DNA of 64,000 nt, taken from Octopus vulgaris. Its lineage: Eukaryota. The position numbers and the translations under genes were made by a program. The notes beneath the pieces are model-generated. The model saw only the letters and a list, made by a program, of their open reading frames with translations. It was not told where the DNA came from and did no database searches. The first letter of the stretch is position 1. Each line of letters begins with the position of its first letter. The DNA is taken from positions 49,414,001 through 49,478,000 of the forward strand of contig OX597820.1 of NCBI GenBank assembly GCA_951406725.2, given 5' to 3'. Positions 25,213-40,222 of this stretch are shown here, in pieces.

Positions 25213-26018
25213 GATGCATACATTTATGTACATATACATATGTATGTATGTGTATGTATGTGTATACACACACAGAGTAAAATATTTTTGTCGAATGAGC
25301 TAGCAATTCCACCTACGCACCGTCTTTGTCAGATACTTTATTTTATCGACCCAAGAAAGATGAAAATCAATGCTAACTCCCGAGATCAGAACGCATGCAA
25401 CCGGAACGACATCAAACACTACTGAAATTCGCCATTTCCACGCCTTAATCAAACCTTATTTTCCTTTAGATGACTAATAATTACTACAGGTGATAAAAAG
25501 AAAGAGAAAATACTCAAGCATGAGTGCCTTTGATCAAGGCTGGAATGGGGTTAAACAATACGATATCTAAATTATAATATATTGGAGTCATATTAATCAT
25601 CAATTTATAAAACTGGCCTTGATCTTAGGGATAGTGTAATTATAATTAACTGAGGTAAGATAGTAATTTATATTGGTTTATAAAGTTGTGGAGTAGCTTG
25701 AAGCATCATCATTATCATCACCATCAGCATCATAATTATCATCATCATAATTATCATCATCATCATCATAATTTTCATCATCTCACCACCAGCAGCAGCA
25801 GCAGTGGCATCGATAAAAGTAACAGCTAGAAGAACATCAAAACAACAGCAGCAACTGCAAAAACATCAACAATGGTAAGTGTGCATTAGTGAAGATACCT
25901 CTTTGATTTCGAACGTGGTTGGCAGTGCCACCTTGAGGACGATGTGAACTCTAAAGGTGGAACTGGGTGTTTAGAGGACTCATAATTTTAATTAGCAGCA
26001 TTGTTTAAGCCAGCATTT

Positions 26019-26320
26019 GTTTGTTCCTTCTCAAGACACGCCTAGCTCATAAGGGTCAGTTTCCCGGTTTCCTTAGCGTATAGTTTCCCCACCTGGACGG
26101 GACGCCGATACGTCGCAGGTAAGCTGCAAGATGCAGGAAGAAAGAGTGAAAGAAAGTTGTGGCGAAAGAGTCAGCAGAAGTTCGCCTGTACCTTCTGCCG
26201 GAGCCGTGTTGAGCTTAGGTGTTTCGCTCATAAACACACACATCGCCCGGTCTGAGATTCGAACCTGCAATCCCTCGACCGCGAGTCCGCTGCTCTAACC
26301 ACTAGGCTATATGTTTCCAC
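26019..26320 (-). mobile_element. SINE family C copy, full length
   Basis: Reverse-complement homolog of 22154-22458, with 12-bp TSD AAGCCAGCATTT (26007-26018, 26321-26332). Confidence 0.88.
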
Positions 26321-26929
26321 AAGCCAGCATTTAAATATGTTGAAAAGAAATTCCCGTGGGTAAGACATTGTGATATCAACGAGCAGAAGCATGACTAATT
26401 AGAAAACACTGCACAAAATACTCTGATTAAATAAATTTGTATTCTTTAATTTTAGATATTTATTTAATTTAATTCTATTGGTTTCTTTTTCCGCAGCCAC
26501 ACACGGGAAGGGGCGTTGGCAAAACTTCATTTAGTGAAATGGACCACGAAGCCCCAAAACTAAAAAATGAAATAAAATTTGTGAAAAACCTTATGAAATA
26601 TTGCTCTAGGAAAAGTAACAAAATCTTCTCTAAAATCAAACCTGACAATCTAAAAAATAACATTTAAAGGAATATATTCTGAAATAGCGTATGTCTAAAA
26701 ATATGGAGCTGTCATATCTGGGACGCTTGTAAGATTTGGTCTCCTCAACATCAACAGTATTATAAATAACAATGAAAAGACAAGCGTCTGATGGAATACG
26801 AAGCGTGAAGATAATGTCTAGATAAATTGGCATCTGCTTAGACACACCAGTTACTAACACTTCGTCAAATATTCTTGTTCAGAATTAGAGCAGTGAAATC
26901 ACTTAAGGGGTGGATCTTTGCTCAAGTGC

Positions 26930-27870
26930 GGATTGCTGTGGTGGTGAAGATGATGATTATGATACCCAAAAGACAAGGAAGGCGAAGGAAAGGCGGAGAA
27001 AGATAATGAGACACGGTGATGAGGATGAGGATGATGATGACGACAAAGACGACGATGACAAAGACGACGATGATTAAGAAGACAAGATGAAAGAGGGACA
27101 GGGAGGAATTTAGGATGCAGATAATGACACTGGTGTTCATGGTGGTAGTAAATTTAGAGGACGTATAACAATGACGACGACGACGACGATGATGATGAAG
27201 ATGGTGATGATGATGAGGAGGAGGAGGAGGAGGGGGGGGAGGAAGATTACGACGATGATTATGTAGACGACAACGATAATGAAAACGATGACGATAATAT
27301 TCATGGAGATGATCTTGATGAAGGTGGTGCAGATGATGATCATGATCATGATCATGATGAAGACGACGACGACGACGACAATGATGATGATGATGGTAAT
27401 GATGGTGTTTGAGAGCGAAAGTCGATAAAGTGATGGGTTAATAATGATAATACCAAGACAAAAATAGAAGTAACAACAACAACAACAAAAATTCTAAGGG
27501 AAAGAATGGGAGGAAGGGAGGAAGGCGACAAAATGAATATAAGAAAAAATTAAGGAAGAAGACAAAGAAGAAGAAGAAGAAGAAGAAGAAGAAGAAGAAG
27601 AAGAAGACAAAGAAGAAGAAGAAGAAGAAGAAGAAGAAGAAGAAGAAGAAGAACAACAACAACAACAACAGCCACAATATCAACAACAATTTCAGCAAAA
27701 TCAACAACAACAATAGCAACAACAAAATCATCAACAACAATAACAATAACAAAAACAACAATAACAATAACAAAAACAACAATAACAAAAACAATACGAA
27801 CAACAACAGCAGCAACAACAACAACAACAACAGCAACACAACTACTACTGCAGCAGCAATTACAGCAACT
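26930..27870. repeat. Compound (GAT/GAC/GAA/CAA)n low-complexity tract
   Basis: Direct reading of the sequence. Confidence 0.9.
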
Positions 27871-28233
27871 GAGAAGAATGATTGAGATCAAGTATTAGAA
27901 GAACGTGAATATGATGACAAAAAACTATAATGAAACACGTGAGAGAATGTAAAAATTTCAGAAGAAAATGTTAGTTGAGAAAATAATAACCAGATGGAAA
28001 AAAAAAACAAACAAACGAAAAGAAAATAGAAAGAAATAGTTCACAATGAAATCTTCGCCATATTACGTGGAATTTTCAAGAAAATTAATTTTTTACAAAT
28101 TTTCAACCCAATTTTCTGACATCATTCTCTGCACTACAACACCCCCATACACACACACACACACATACACACTGGCATTTTTTTTTTATTGTACTGCCAT
28201 TTTATACTATCATTCTCTCTCTCTTTCTTTTTT

Positions 28234-28264
<31 letters not shown>

Positions 28265-28630
28265 CTCTCTCTCTTTCTCTCGTATTCTCTCTCTCTATCT
28301 CTCTGTCTCTCTCACTCACTCTCTTTCTCTCTCTCTCTCTCTCCGAAGAACTGAGGGCAGCCAATTCTTATGGACATGTTCATAGAGAAGTAAATCTATT
28401 TTTCTCTCTCTTTCCATCTCTCTATCTCTCTAATTAGCTCTCTCTCCCATTTCAGCGTATACGCCTATACATACACAAACGCATGTGTGTGTGTATACAC
28501 ATCTGTTTATATATGTGCATATGTTTGTGTATATATATTCATATATATATATATATATATATATATTCATATATATATATTGTATATATATATATTTATA
28601 TATATATATATTATATATATATTATATATA

Positions 28631-28674
<44 letters not shown>

Positions 28675-28728
28675 TCATATATATATATATATATTCATAT
28701 ATATATATATACATATATTATATATATA

Positions 28729-28767
<39 letters not shown>

Positions 28768-29989
28768 GTACACAGGTCTTTACGTCCGTGTATATCACAA
28801 TGTTGCGGGGAGAGATAGAAACAATCATACGATGCCAATAAATTGGAGAAGCATGTACAGAGTAATGGAATAGGCAAAATAGCTGAGGAAATGAGTTTGG
28901 AAACTTAAGAAGTTTCTATAAGAATTAGTTAAAAGATCACATACATCTTTTAACCAGATGACAATATTGGACAGATGATGATGTAGTGGAAAGAGAGGAG
29001 AAAATCGGGCAAACGCACAATAACAACAACAACAATAACAAGAACAACAACCATATCATCAATGTATACGTCGCACCATGAAGAGTATAACTTTTCATCT
29101 GTCGCTGGCATTCGTATACGTGATAGATATGTTTGGAGAACACAAGCATTGCATTAGCTAACATATGGAAGGCGGGGAAAATATTTTTTAAAAAAATCTA
29201 CTATGATCGTAGTGATGTGCGTTGATGATGATGATGATGTTGCTGTTGTTGTTATTGGCGGTGACGGGGAAGGTGGCTGCGGTATTGGTCTCGTGTTGGT
29301 GCAGTTGTTCTTGTTCTTCGTGGTTGTGGTGATGGTGGTGATGATGATTGTTGTGGTGGCGGTGATGGTGATGGTGGCGGTGGGAGAAGTCATGATCATC
29401 ATCATCATCATTATCATCATCATCTACATCATCATTATCATAATCCTGACCATGATAATGTTCTGGATCTTGGTTATGATCACAATATAGATGGGAATGG
29501 TGATAATAATATGCAATACGATTACAATAGTGACACTGATGATCAAGAAGACTAGCGGGAAGTTGATAGCAGTGGTGGTGGTGGTTGTTCTTGTTGGTGT
29601 AGGTAGTCGTTGTTGTTGTTGTTGTTGTTGTTGTCGTGGGGGTAGCAGTGATTATAGTTTCTTACAATGACACCACGCCCTATTTCTACTTTCAAAAGTC
29701 ATCTTAACGATGACGTCTAAGACGCTCTCTTGTGAGATTTCTGTTCCTTAGTATTGAACACAATATTTTATGACACTAATCATCGGTTACTTTCCTCTCC
29801 TGTAGATCATTAAATATATTCAAAATGATACCAGCATTGTTATTATTTCGTATATTGAAACGCATCCGTAAAACTATTTATATAGTTTATTGAATTGATC
29901 TTTTAATAGGAAACATACAGTGTAGCAAATTTTTCCTTGGAGACAATGAGCATACACCAAAAATATCTGTAGTTCCTGACATTTGATCA

Positions 29990-30350
29990 TACTCACCAGG
30001 ATCAGGCATTTAAGCATTAAACATGTTTTACTTTATGGAACAGAATCCATAAGTACTACTAAAACTGCACCCAGGAAAAGGCAAACCTTGATAAAAAGCT
30101 CTCCAAGAAGAATCCTCTACGTAACCGTTGGCCATAGAATGTCAACAACATAGATCTCTGTCTAAATATCAAGCGGTTACATGCTGAAGAGAAGAAAATG
30201 AGTACAGTTTGGGAGTACACTACAGGAACCAAATGTTTAATATATGACAAATTCTTACATGGAATATAAAATGATAACGAAAGCAATGTCAATTAAGTAC
30301 TACATCTGGCTTACGAATATTCAGAAGTGTGCCAAAGAGGTTGGGTGGAA
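29990..30350 (+). mobile_element. Decayed RTE-type LINE 3' remnant
   Basis: IKHVLLYGTES and RWP*NVNNIDL resemble the RTE motifs VKSVLLYGSETW and IRWP..ISN..L. Confidence 0.5.
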
Positions 30351-30470
30351 TGAACAGGGGTAAATTATTCAAGATAATATTCAAGAAAATATGGAGAATA
30401 ATTTTAAGACCTAAGTTTTTGCAAGGAGTCAAAGTGTATAATAAAAAAAATATATGCATATAACGAATAG

Positions 30471-31159
30471 CCGTAAAGAAGATATATCAGTAAAGAAGAC
30501 GTACTCGGTAACCTGGATCGAGAGAGAGAACAAAATCGATGATGCGAATGAATTTAACTGTAATTTAAACGTTGCCGGATGCGAATGTAGGTTCGTCATA
30601 AATGCTACGCCAGCATACTCTTTTAATCTTTTACTTGTTTCAGTCATTTGACTGTGGCCATGCTGGAGCACCGCCTTTAGTCGAGCAAATCGACCGCAGG
30701 ACTTATTCTTTGGAAGCCTATTACTTATTCTATCGGTCTCTCTTGCTGAACCGCAAGGTTACGGGGACGTAAACACCCCCAGCATCGGTTGTCAAGCGAT
30801 GTTGGTGGGGACAAACACAGACACACAAACATATGCACACACACACATACATATATACGACGGGCTTCTTTCAGTTTCCGTCTACCAAATCCACTCACAA
30901 GTCTTTGGTCGGCCAGAGGCTATAGTAGAAGACACTTGCCCAAGGTGCCACGCAGTGGGACAGAAGCCGGAACCATGTGGTTGGTAAGCAAGCTACTTAA
31001 CACACAGCCACTCCTACGCCTATACCCGTAAAGTAGAAGACGAACTCGATAACCTGGATCAAGAGAGAGAAGAAAATCGATGATGCGAATGAATTTAACT
31101 GTAATTTAAACGTTGCCGTATGCGAATACAGGTTTGTCATAAATGCTATGCCAGCACAC
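30471..31159. repeat. Direct repeat of about 130-150 bp (30471-30618 and 31026-31159) bracketing a SINE
   Basis: Both copies contain AAAATCGATGATGCGAATGAATTTAACTGTAATTTAAACGTTGCCG..ATGCGAAT..AGGTT.GTCATAAATGCTA.GCCAGCA.AC. Confidence 0.9.
30619..31022 (-). mobile_element. SINE family A copy, full length
   Basis: Complete from head (reverse complement GGCGTAGGAGTGGCTGTGT) to tail (TAAAAGATTAAAAGA). Confidence 0.9.
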
Positions 31160-32218
31160 ACATGATCAATGCCACGATACTGCAACTAACTATATGTTGC
31201 TTCCACTTGTACAGAACAAAGAAGTGCTGGTTATAAAACAAAATCAACTCTGTGGTCGATAACAAGTCACACAGTAACAGAGGAAATTGGTTGATGTTGC
31301 TGGAAATCGAGGTTGTATTGAGTAAACGTCACTGTTTATTTCGTAACGCTGTAAATTAGGGGCAATATGAATCGTGACATTAATAGTAATTGTGGAAATT
31401 AATATTATTTGCACAGTAATACTAACTTCACAAATGAAAAGTGAACATAGTATAACAATATTAATAGCGTATCTATAGTATTACCAGAAATAGATATAAA
31501 GGACAAACATTCTCACATGCATCTACTAGTCTCTGCAGCAACTAGAATTCAGTAGGGTGTAATAACAAATTGATGATAAAAGCAAATACATAGCATGAAT
31601 CAATAGATGCGAGCTTTAAGTAACTTGTATGAATAATAGATATCAGATAAGCGTTTTCGAACACTATAAGCAATATACACTTGAAAATTAGACATAGTAA
31701 TCTATCAGTTTCTAGGAGAATAAGAGTGTTAAAAGATTTCTTACACTCTTTCATATCCAGAACAACAAAACACTCTCGTTTAAAATGAAATTTGGTTACT
31801 GAAGATACGCGACATGAACATAGAATATTCAATTGGAAAAGAGTACAACTGTGCTTAAACAAATTATTGAATAGTGCTTATCAAGTAAAATAACCCAGAC
31901 GGTAGTCAATAATCCTTTTCCAAGAATGGAGGAAATATATATTCCAAAGGATAAAAGTAATAGCATAATCAATGAACGAATATAAATCGAAGCACTCAAA
32001 CACCGAAACCAAAAGTCTCTCGCAAAACTGACGAGACCCAAGCACGTAGAAACACCGGTGTCTCAAACTCCGTACTTCAATGAAATGGTGTGTTTTACCA
32101 ACACACATCATGTGAAAGGCGAAGGTGTTCTTTGAAGGCAAAATGCAATAGCTATTGACATATTCACGTTAAAATTTGCCGGTACGTATAAAGAGCAAAT
32201 ATGTATATCATACGTGTG

Positions 32219-32250
<32 letters not shown>

Positions 32251-32388
32251 ATTATTTTGTTTGATACTGTTACTTCTGTGCTTGTTAGCGCTATGCGTCA
32301 ATGAAAGATACTTTTTCAAGAAGAACACTGCAATGTTTTGTGTTTCTTACAGTTTATCCACATCAATTAAAATATACAGAATTATATA

Positions 32389-32470
<82 letters not shown>

Positions 32471-32514
32471 CATACACACACACACTGACAGATAGATCAA
32501 TCGACAGACATATG

Positions 32515-32597
<83 letters not shown>

Positions 32598-33788
32598 GGA
32601 TGGATAGAGAGAGAGAGGGAGGGAAGGAAGGAGAGAGAGAGATAGAGAGACCCACCTTTGTCAACGATGGAAACGTTTATTTCGCAATTGATGCAACGCG
32701 CCAATTCGTTGTGTGATTAATATGTTTATATCTAACGTCATTTCTTGTCAATATTAGAAACATTGTCATCAGAAAGAGTGAAAACAGTGAGGTGGACGAC
32801 AGAAAGAAAGACAGTGACGGACATTGAAAACTGATATAGGAAGAGGTGTAGTAAAGGAAGATGTTAAGAAATATAAATGTAATTAACCATATATATATAT
32901 ATATACCGAAGACGGAGTGGAAATGAAAGAGCGCATAGGAGTTGGGCTAAAGAACGTTAGTAAGGGATGGCAAATAACATTAATCAAACATACAGTGACA
33001 TATAGAAGAAGAGCGGGAGAGAACAGAGTGTCTTGGTCTTCAGTGGGGATAAGTAAGAGGTGCCAAGTGTCAGTAATCAGAAATTCAGTGAGAAAAGAAA
33101 AAGAAGACAGAGAGAAGGGAGATAGGGAGAGAGGGGGAGGGGGAGAGAAAGAGAGAGAAGCAGCAACATAAAGATAGAAGAATGTGTATTAATATTTTGG
33201 CAGGGGGAAAGGGAGAGATGCAAGGAAAGGGCATACTTGAAGGACGTAGTAAGTCTTGGGGTATAGGCAGATAGTAAGAACTGACAATGTCGCTAATCAC
33301 AGAATCCCAAGATGTCAGATTGGACATAAATTTGTTATTACCAGAAGGAATAACAAACACTAAATAATCAACTTCACAATAGAGAAATTAGCGCTATAAC
33401 TGCCCAATTGATACACACCAAAATAGTGGTGTCAATAAAGAACCATTTATTACCATGAGAGACATTTCAGGGTTCAGTTAACTCAGTCTAACCATTTGGG
33501 AATTTTTTGTTTTTTGTTTTTTCTCATGGTGTTAATTTTTAATTTTTTCTTTCTTTTTTTTTGCGTGCATGTTCTTGATTCTATTATAAATAGAGCCAGC
33601 CTCATAATTTTGGTCGGGGAAAGAGAGTAGAAAGTATGGGTGTTTATTATAAGAGCGTTTAGTTCGGTTTGTTTCTACCCAATAGACTGAAAATGAGAGT
33701 AACAAAAAGAAAAAGAAAAGAAAACGTGTGAGAAACGCACACTCGCAAACACGCCCCCACATTCACACACAAACACACACACATACAA

Positions 33789-33827
<39 letters not shown>

Positions 33828-34165
33828 AAGATGTGTGTTTGTGTATGTAAGTGCATGTCAGTGTTTGTGTGATAGTGTTGCATATGGCAGCTGGCCATCT
33901 TTATACGATGTTGTTGTTTAACTTGGAAAAGAGCTATGATCTAGGAGGATGTCAGGGACAAAATCGAAACAAAAATAATAAACAGAGTTACAAGGTAATT
34001 AATTTTACTATGTCAAGAAGAAAGAGGGGAGAACACGACGTTTCGGATAGTGGTTCTATGTCCTGAAACCATAAGAAAAAATAAGGAACGAATGATCCAT
34101 AGAAGTAATGCTACAAATGTTTTGTAGAGATGATTTAATTCGTGGAGAAAGGGTCTTGTCTTCGG

Positions 34166-34266
<101 letters not shown>

Positions 34267-35123
34267 GGGGTCAGAAATTTAGAGTGAAATCTAAGATTCA
34301 GACAGCTTATTTTCTAGGATGTTATTTTTATAATCTTACCACCGGTTACTTGAGCCATAATATATCAAGCACTATGTTTCTTTTTACTTTTTCAAACGTA
34401 CGTCGTGATTTGACGTGATTTTGTGGTTATTTCTAGTAGGTCAAGTTACCACCTGACAGGCAACGAAATTCCTGTTTTGACATCGGCATCATTTAATGCT
34501 CTGTATCTTTGGTCAACACAATTCATAACTTTTCAATGATATCCGATCAAACCAGCTATAAGAAGTAATTGCGTTCTTTGTGAAGGTGGCACAATTTATT
34601 ATGAGATGTCACAAAGAAACGCTCATGCTTTATACTGAATCACTCTACTTCAGCGTTTCCAATCTTTTCTTTCTTGAAGCAAACATGAAATACTGTCAAT
34701 GTCTGAAGGACGTCTCACGCAAAAATAATTACAGTTCATCATTAATCTTTATCTTTCGCTTTCAAAAACATACATTTTGGGAAAGAGCAAGCGAAATTTT
34801 AAAAAAGGTTTAGCAATGCCAAATCCAACAAGCACCACAACGACCCCTTAGAAAATTTCATCTGAAAAAAAGTGCTTAGACTAAATTGTTGTCTATTTCC
34901 CTTAACGAATCTAGAATTAAATACAAAATCATTGTATCCCAGTGTTACATTCAGTGAAAAGTCAATTATATTAGGAACAATAAAGAGAAAGGTAAAGGCC
35001 TGGGTGGACAGAGAGGAAGAGATACAGACAGATTGAAACAGGATGGGACGATTCCCATTGCACAGTTTTCGCCTTATTTTTTAGTGGATTAGAGTTTAGG
35101 TTCGCAAGAGGATTAATATTATA

Positions 35124-35518
35124 CTAGCACTATGACCCGGCGTTGCCGAGTCTAGTGCTATTGCATGTTGTTCGTTGCCGGGTCGCAGTAAAAATTTCTC
35201 TCTAAATCAAGAGCTAAGTTTCTTATCACATTTCAGCCCGGACCAGTTTTGTTGTTTATGAGCTAGTTGAAGCTTTTTATGAAAGTAACTAATATTCATT
35301 GTACTTCGGCAATGCCCATATACCCATAACTTATGGGCATAAGGGGTCGGTTTATCGATTTTTTAATGGCTTTCTGAGGTCTCTGCGGAAAGGAAAAGAT
35401 CTTAACGACCACCCTCAGACAGTTTTGAAAGCGCATAGAAAATGCGAGCCATTTATGTGAAAAACTGTAGATTTGTATGAAGGACACACAGACATTTTGC
35501 CGTTTATAGGTATAGAGA
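35124..35518 (-). mobile_element. Non-autonomous Helitron
   Basis: Minus strand has a 5' end A|TCTCTATACCTATAAA, and a 3' end with hairpin (CGGCAACGCCG) about ten nt before CTAG|T. No TSD; inserted between A and T. Confidence 0.72.
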
Positions 35519-36502
35519 TGTTGGGTTTTAACTCAGAGTATTAATAACGCAGTTTTTGTTGTTGTTCACAATGAATTTAGATTGATAAAGTTTACCTACA
35601 ATGAAAATGAAACACACACGTATACTTGGGACAATATTTTAGAACTGTTACTTCGTTTATTTATAATGGAATAATGGAATCTGATGGAGCACATTCAGCT
35701 AGTCCCACTACGTTGAGCGACAACCTATTGACTACCATTTTGCTATGTGAAAGAAAAAAACAGCTCAGCACAGTAACAGACTGGAATAAGTTATTTAGAG
35801 AACGGTATTTTTTCATTAGCAATGCCAATTCTTGCTTCTGTGATAATAATAGAAGTAAACATTCAAGAAAAAAAAAATGTCTATGTGAGTCTGTGTCTGC
35901 GAACACGCTTGCTTGTGTGTCCGTGCCTGTAAATTTGCTTGCATGTATGTATTTATGACTGTCTGTCTGTCAGTCTGTCTGTACAGATGTATGTATGTAT
36001 GTATGTATGTATGTATGTATGTATGTATGTATGTATGTATGTATGTATGTATGTATGTATGTATGTATGTATGTATGTTTGTATGTATGTATGCATGAAT
36101 GGATGTAAGAACTATATGTATATCAGTTCTGTTTGCAATTCGTTTCGACAATGCTCAGAGGGATAGAATCTCTATGTTAATTATCGGTGTTGGTCACTCG
36201 CGAACAAATAACGCGTTTTTTATTGAATGCGATTGTATTGCTCGGGGGCTGTAGGCAATCAGTATACGCCAAGGTCAAAACGGTAAGTATTATAGATTTA
36301 ATATATAAAAAAATATGCAGAGCCTCACACCACACCATACCAAAATATCAGCCATGTCTGAGGATTCATCTTCCTATAGGTTCTGCTTGGACATTCTTTA
36401 TGTAGACACCAATTACACATACACGCGCGCACACACATACATACGTTTGTGTATATATATGTGTGTGTATGTGTGTGTGTGTGTGTGTGTGCATGTATAT
36501 TT

Positions 36503-36555
<53 letters not shown>

Positions 36556-36665
36556 AGTGAGAGAAAGAGAAAGAGTGAGTGGTAGGGAGAGACAGAGAGA
36601 TAGATATACATATATTCTTCTATCCTTTTATTTGTTTCAGACATTTGACTGCAGCCATGCTGGAG

Positions 36666-36889
<224 letters not shown>

Positions 36890-37639
36890 CTTACCTGCAA
36901 ACATATATTTGAATATATATATATATATATAAGAAGATCAGCGTCTGTTTTTTATTCCTTTAAAGGTTCAAGGGAAAGGAAAATTGAATGGATATATATA
37001 CCAGTATGTGTGTTTATATTTGGTAAGTATTGCAAAGGCAGGAAGAAAGAAACTTCGAACATTTGGGGGATATTACGGAAGTGACGCGAAATATTAGATT
37101 GTCAGGCGGAAGTGATACACAATAAAAACAATCTAACAAATGTATTAAAAAAATAAAAACACAAACAAGCCTTAATTGCGCTATATTCAAATATGTGTGA
37201 AATTTTATTACATAGAACTTAGCAATAAAACTGGATCCTGTCCACAAAGCTGTTCGTGAAAGCATTCATTAAAACACGCTGAACATGTGAAAAAAATTTG
37301 TGTAAAACTATTTGCCGTGGCTTTTATTGCTTTCATTTCACGGTTGTGTTTTCTTCAGAAACACCCAGGGTATCAAGTGCTCAGGTAAATTACTTGGACT
37401 TTGCTTTACATACAAATTCACTGTAACTACAACAGCAGCAGCAACAACAACAACAACAACAACAACAACAAACACCAACGATGACGATGACGACGACGAC
37501 GACGTCGACAACAACGAAAGGCACATGAGACTTTGTTTACGGATATTGTAACGTCGATCTCGTTTTTACTCTTCCCCTTTTCCTTTAGTGTGTATATATA
37601 TATATTTGTGTGTGTGTACGTGTGTAATAGATTTTCATA

Positions 37640-37707
<68 letters not shown>

Positions 37708-37763
37708 CACACACACAACACACACACACACATATATATATATATAATATATATACATATACG

Positions 37764-37910
37764 GGCGTGGCTAATAGTTAGAAGTTTGTTTCGTAACAAC
37801 ATGGTTCCAGTCTGGGTCCCACTGCATGGCATTTTCTATTATAACCTCGAGGCCAGCACAGCCTTCTGGGTGGATTTCATAGACGGAAACTGAAAGAAGA
37901 CTGTCATATA
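37764..37910 (+). mobile_element. SINE family A 5' half (decayed)
   Basis: GGCGTGGCTAATAGTTAGAAG...ATGGTTCCAG...GACGGAAACTGAAAGAAG. Confidence 0.7.
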
Positions 37911-37965
37911 TTCATTTGTTTGCATGTGTGTGTGTGTGTTTATATTCTTTCATTTTTTAATTATT

Positions 37966-38153
37966 TTATTTGTTTCAGTTATTTGACTGCGGCCATGCTG
38001 GATCACTGCCTTTAGTCGAGCAAATCGACTCCAGGATTTATTCTTTATAAGCCTAGTACTTATTCTATCGGTCTGTCTTGCCGAACCGCTAAGTTACGGG
38101 GACGTAAACACACCAGCATCGATTGTCAAGCGATGTTGGGGGGGGGGGATAAT

Positions 38154-38194
<41 letters not shown>

Positions 38195-38354
38195 GGGCTT
38201 CTTTCAGTTTCCGTCTACCAAATCTACTCACAAGGCTTTGGTTGGCCCGAGGCTATAGTAGAAGAAACTTGCCCAAGGTGCCGCGCAGTGGGACTGAAGC
38301 CGGAACCATGTGGCTGGTAAGCAAGCTACTTACCACACAGCCTCTCCTGCGCCT
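37966..38354 (-). mobile_element. SINE family A copy
   Basis: Reverse-complement match to family A along its full length. Confidence 0.88.
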
Positions 38355-38884
38355 TAAATGTGTGTCTGTGCATCCATACATGGCACTTGGTGCTGCTATA
38401 TACATTTCTCAGACATGGATATATCTAAGAGACGTGTTCAACCCTTTTTCGCATTTTCGTATATTTTATATATACACGAAAACATACATACCGAGTTCAT
38501 TTATTTTTTTTATTTGTTTTCCTTGTTTACACTTCTTACACTTGTTACACATATTGCTTCTACCAAGTCTTGTGGTCACGTTTGTATAGTATATCTAGTT
38601 TTAGAAATTACCATCACGTTTTTTTTTTTCTTGATATATTATTGATTTTTTTCTATAAAAATCATATTTCCGCTAAAATATGCAAATAAACAACGTACTC
38701 ACAAAAATATGAATGCCTGGCATGATTTTAAGTTATGTGCCAATTATTATACACTGAATATCATACGTTCTATGTAAATGTTCTCCAACTGTGATTGATT
38801 TCAAGAAATACGATCATATACATTTATATAGACGCACAGACACATATAAATGGATATAGATGTACGTGTATATGTATATGTATG

Positions 38885-38970
<86 letters not shown>

Positions 38971-38985
38971 CAGATAGACAGATAG

Positions 38986-39034
<49 letters not shown>

Positions 39035-39053
39035 TAGATAGATAGATAGATAC

Positions 39054-39108
<55 letters not shown>

Positions 39109-39981
39109 TAGATATATATATGCATATATATATAAGTATATATATATATATAGATATATATACATACATATATAAATATATATACACACACACACATACA
39201 CATTAATATATATCATCATCATCATCGTCATGATTTAGATCTCATTTTCCAACCTTGCATTGTTGCATTGCTTGGACTCACCATCCATCCATCCACCACC
39301 AGCCATCATCGGAGTGTTCGATGAAGGCATAACTGACCGAAAGTTCGAAGTTAGCGTCCTTCAATTGAATGTAAAACTGATTTTCTTATAACATACAAAA
39401 CAAATATTAATATGGTGCTCCAGTATGGCCGCAGTAAAATGACTGATACAAGTAAAAGAGTAAAAGAGTATACATATGTGTGTGTGTGTGCGTGTGTGTG
39501 TGTGTGAATATATGTTGGGTGGGGCCGGTAAGATGCACATAAATATAACCCCATAAATTTGAATATGAATGAGTGCATACAACATGCATACGGCGTATAA
39601 AACCTTGCACTTGCGAGCTAAAAATTGAACATCACTGCGATCGCTCCGAGTAGAAGAAAGCTTACTCAAATCACACCAAGTGTCATAAATTAGGAATCCT
39701 TATTGTAGTGAATTGTTATATTCTGTGTCTCAAAAGAGTCACGACTCGAATATATTTGATCATAGATTTACGTAATGCTACCTGGTGCTAAACATCAGAA
39801 ACAAACGAAATAGCAACACGCGTAGGAGTGGGTGCGTGGTAAGTAACTTGCGTACCAATTTCAGGGTTTCAGGTTCAGTCGAACTGCGTGGCATCTACTG
39901 CAAGTGTCTTCTGCTATAGCCTCGGGCCGACCAAAGCCTTGTGATGGAATTTGGTAGAGGGAAACTGAAAGAAGTCCGTCG

Positions 39982-40018
<37 letters not shown>

Positions 40019-40117
40019 CGGAGTAAGTACATAAATGTGAAAAAAGGTGGGAAAAAATAGTACTCGAATACGAAAGGTAGAGTAATATGCTTTGTTGAGA
40101 AGCAGCAGAAATATCAC

Positions 40118-40164
40118 AAAAACTGTTACTCAGAGTTTCACGTTCCCGTTCGTCGGATAGTTTT
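40118..40164 (-). ncRNA. Minimal hammerhead ribozyme-like motif
   Basis: Minus strand: AAAACTAT-CCGACGA-ACG GGAA CGT-GAA-ACTCTGAGT-A^ACAGTTTTT. Confidence 0.75.
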
Positions 40165-40175
40165 ACATTCTAAAC

Positions 40176-40222
40176 AAAACTGTCCGACGAACGGGAACGC
40201 GAAAACTCTGAGTAACAGTTTT
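40176..40222 (+). ncRNA. Minimal hammerhead ribozyme-like motif (inverted copy, slightly mutated)
   Basis: AAAACTGT-CCGACGA-ACG GGAA CGC-GAAA-ACTCTGAGT-A^ACAGTTTT. Confidence 0.68.
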
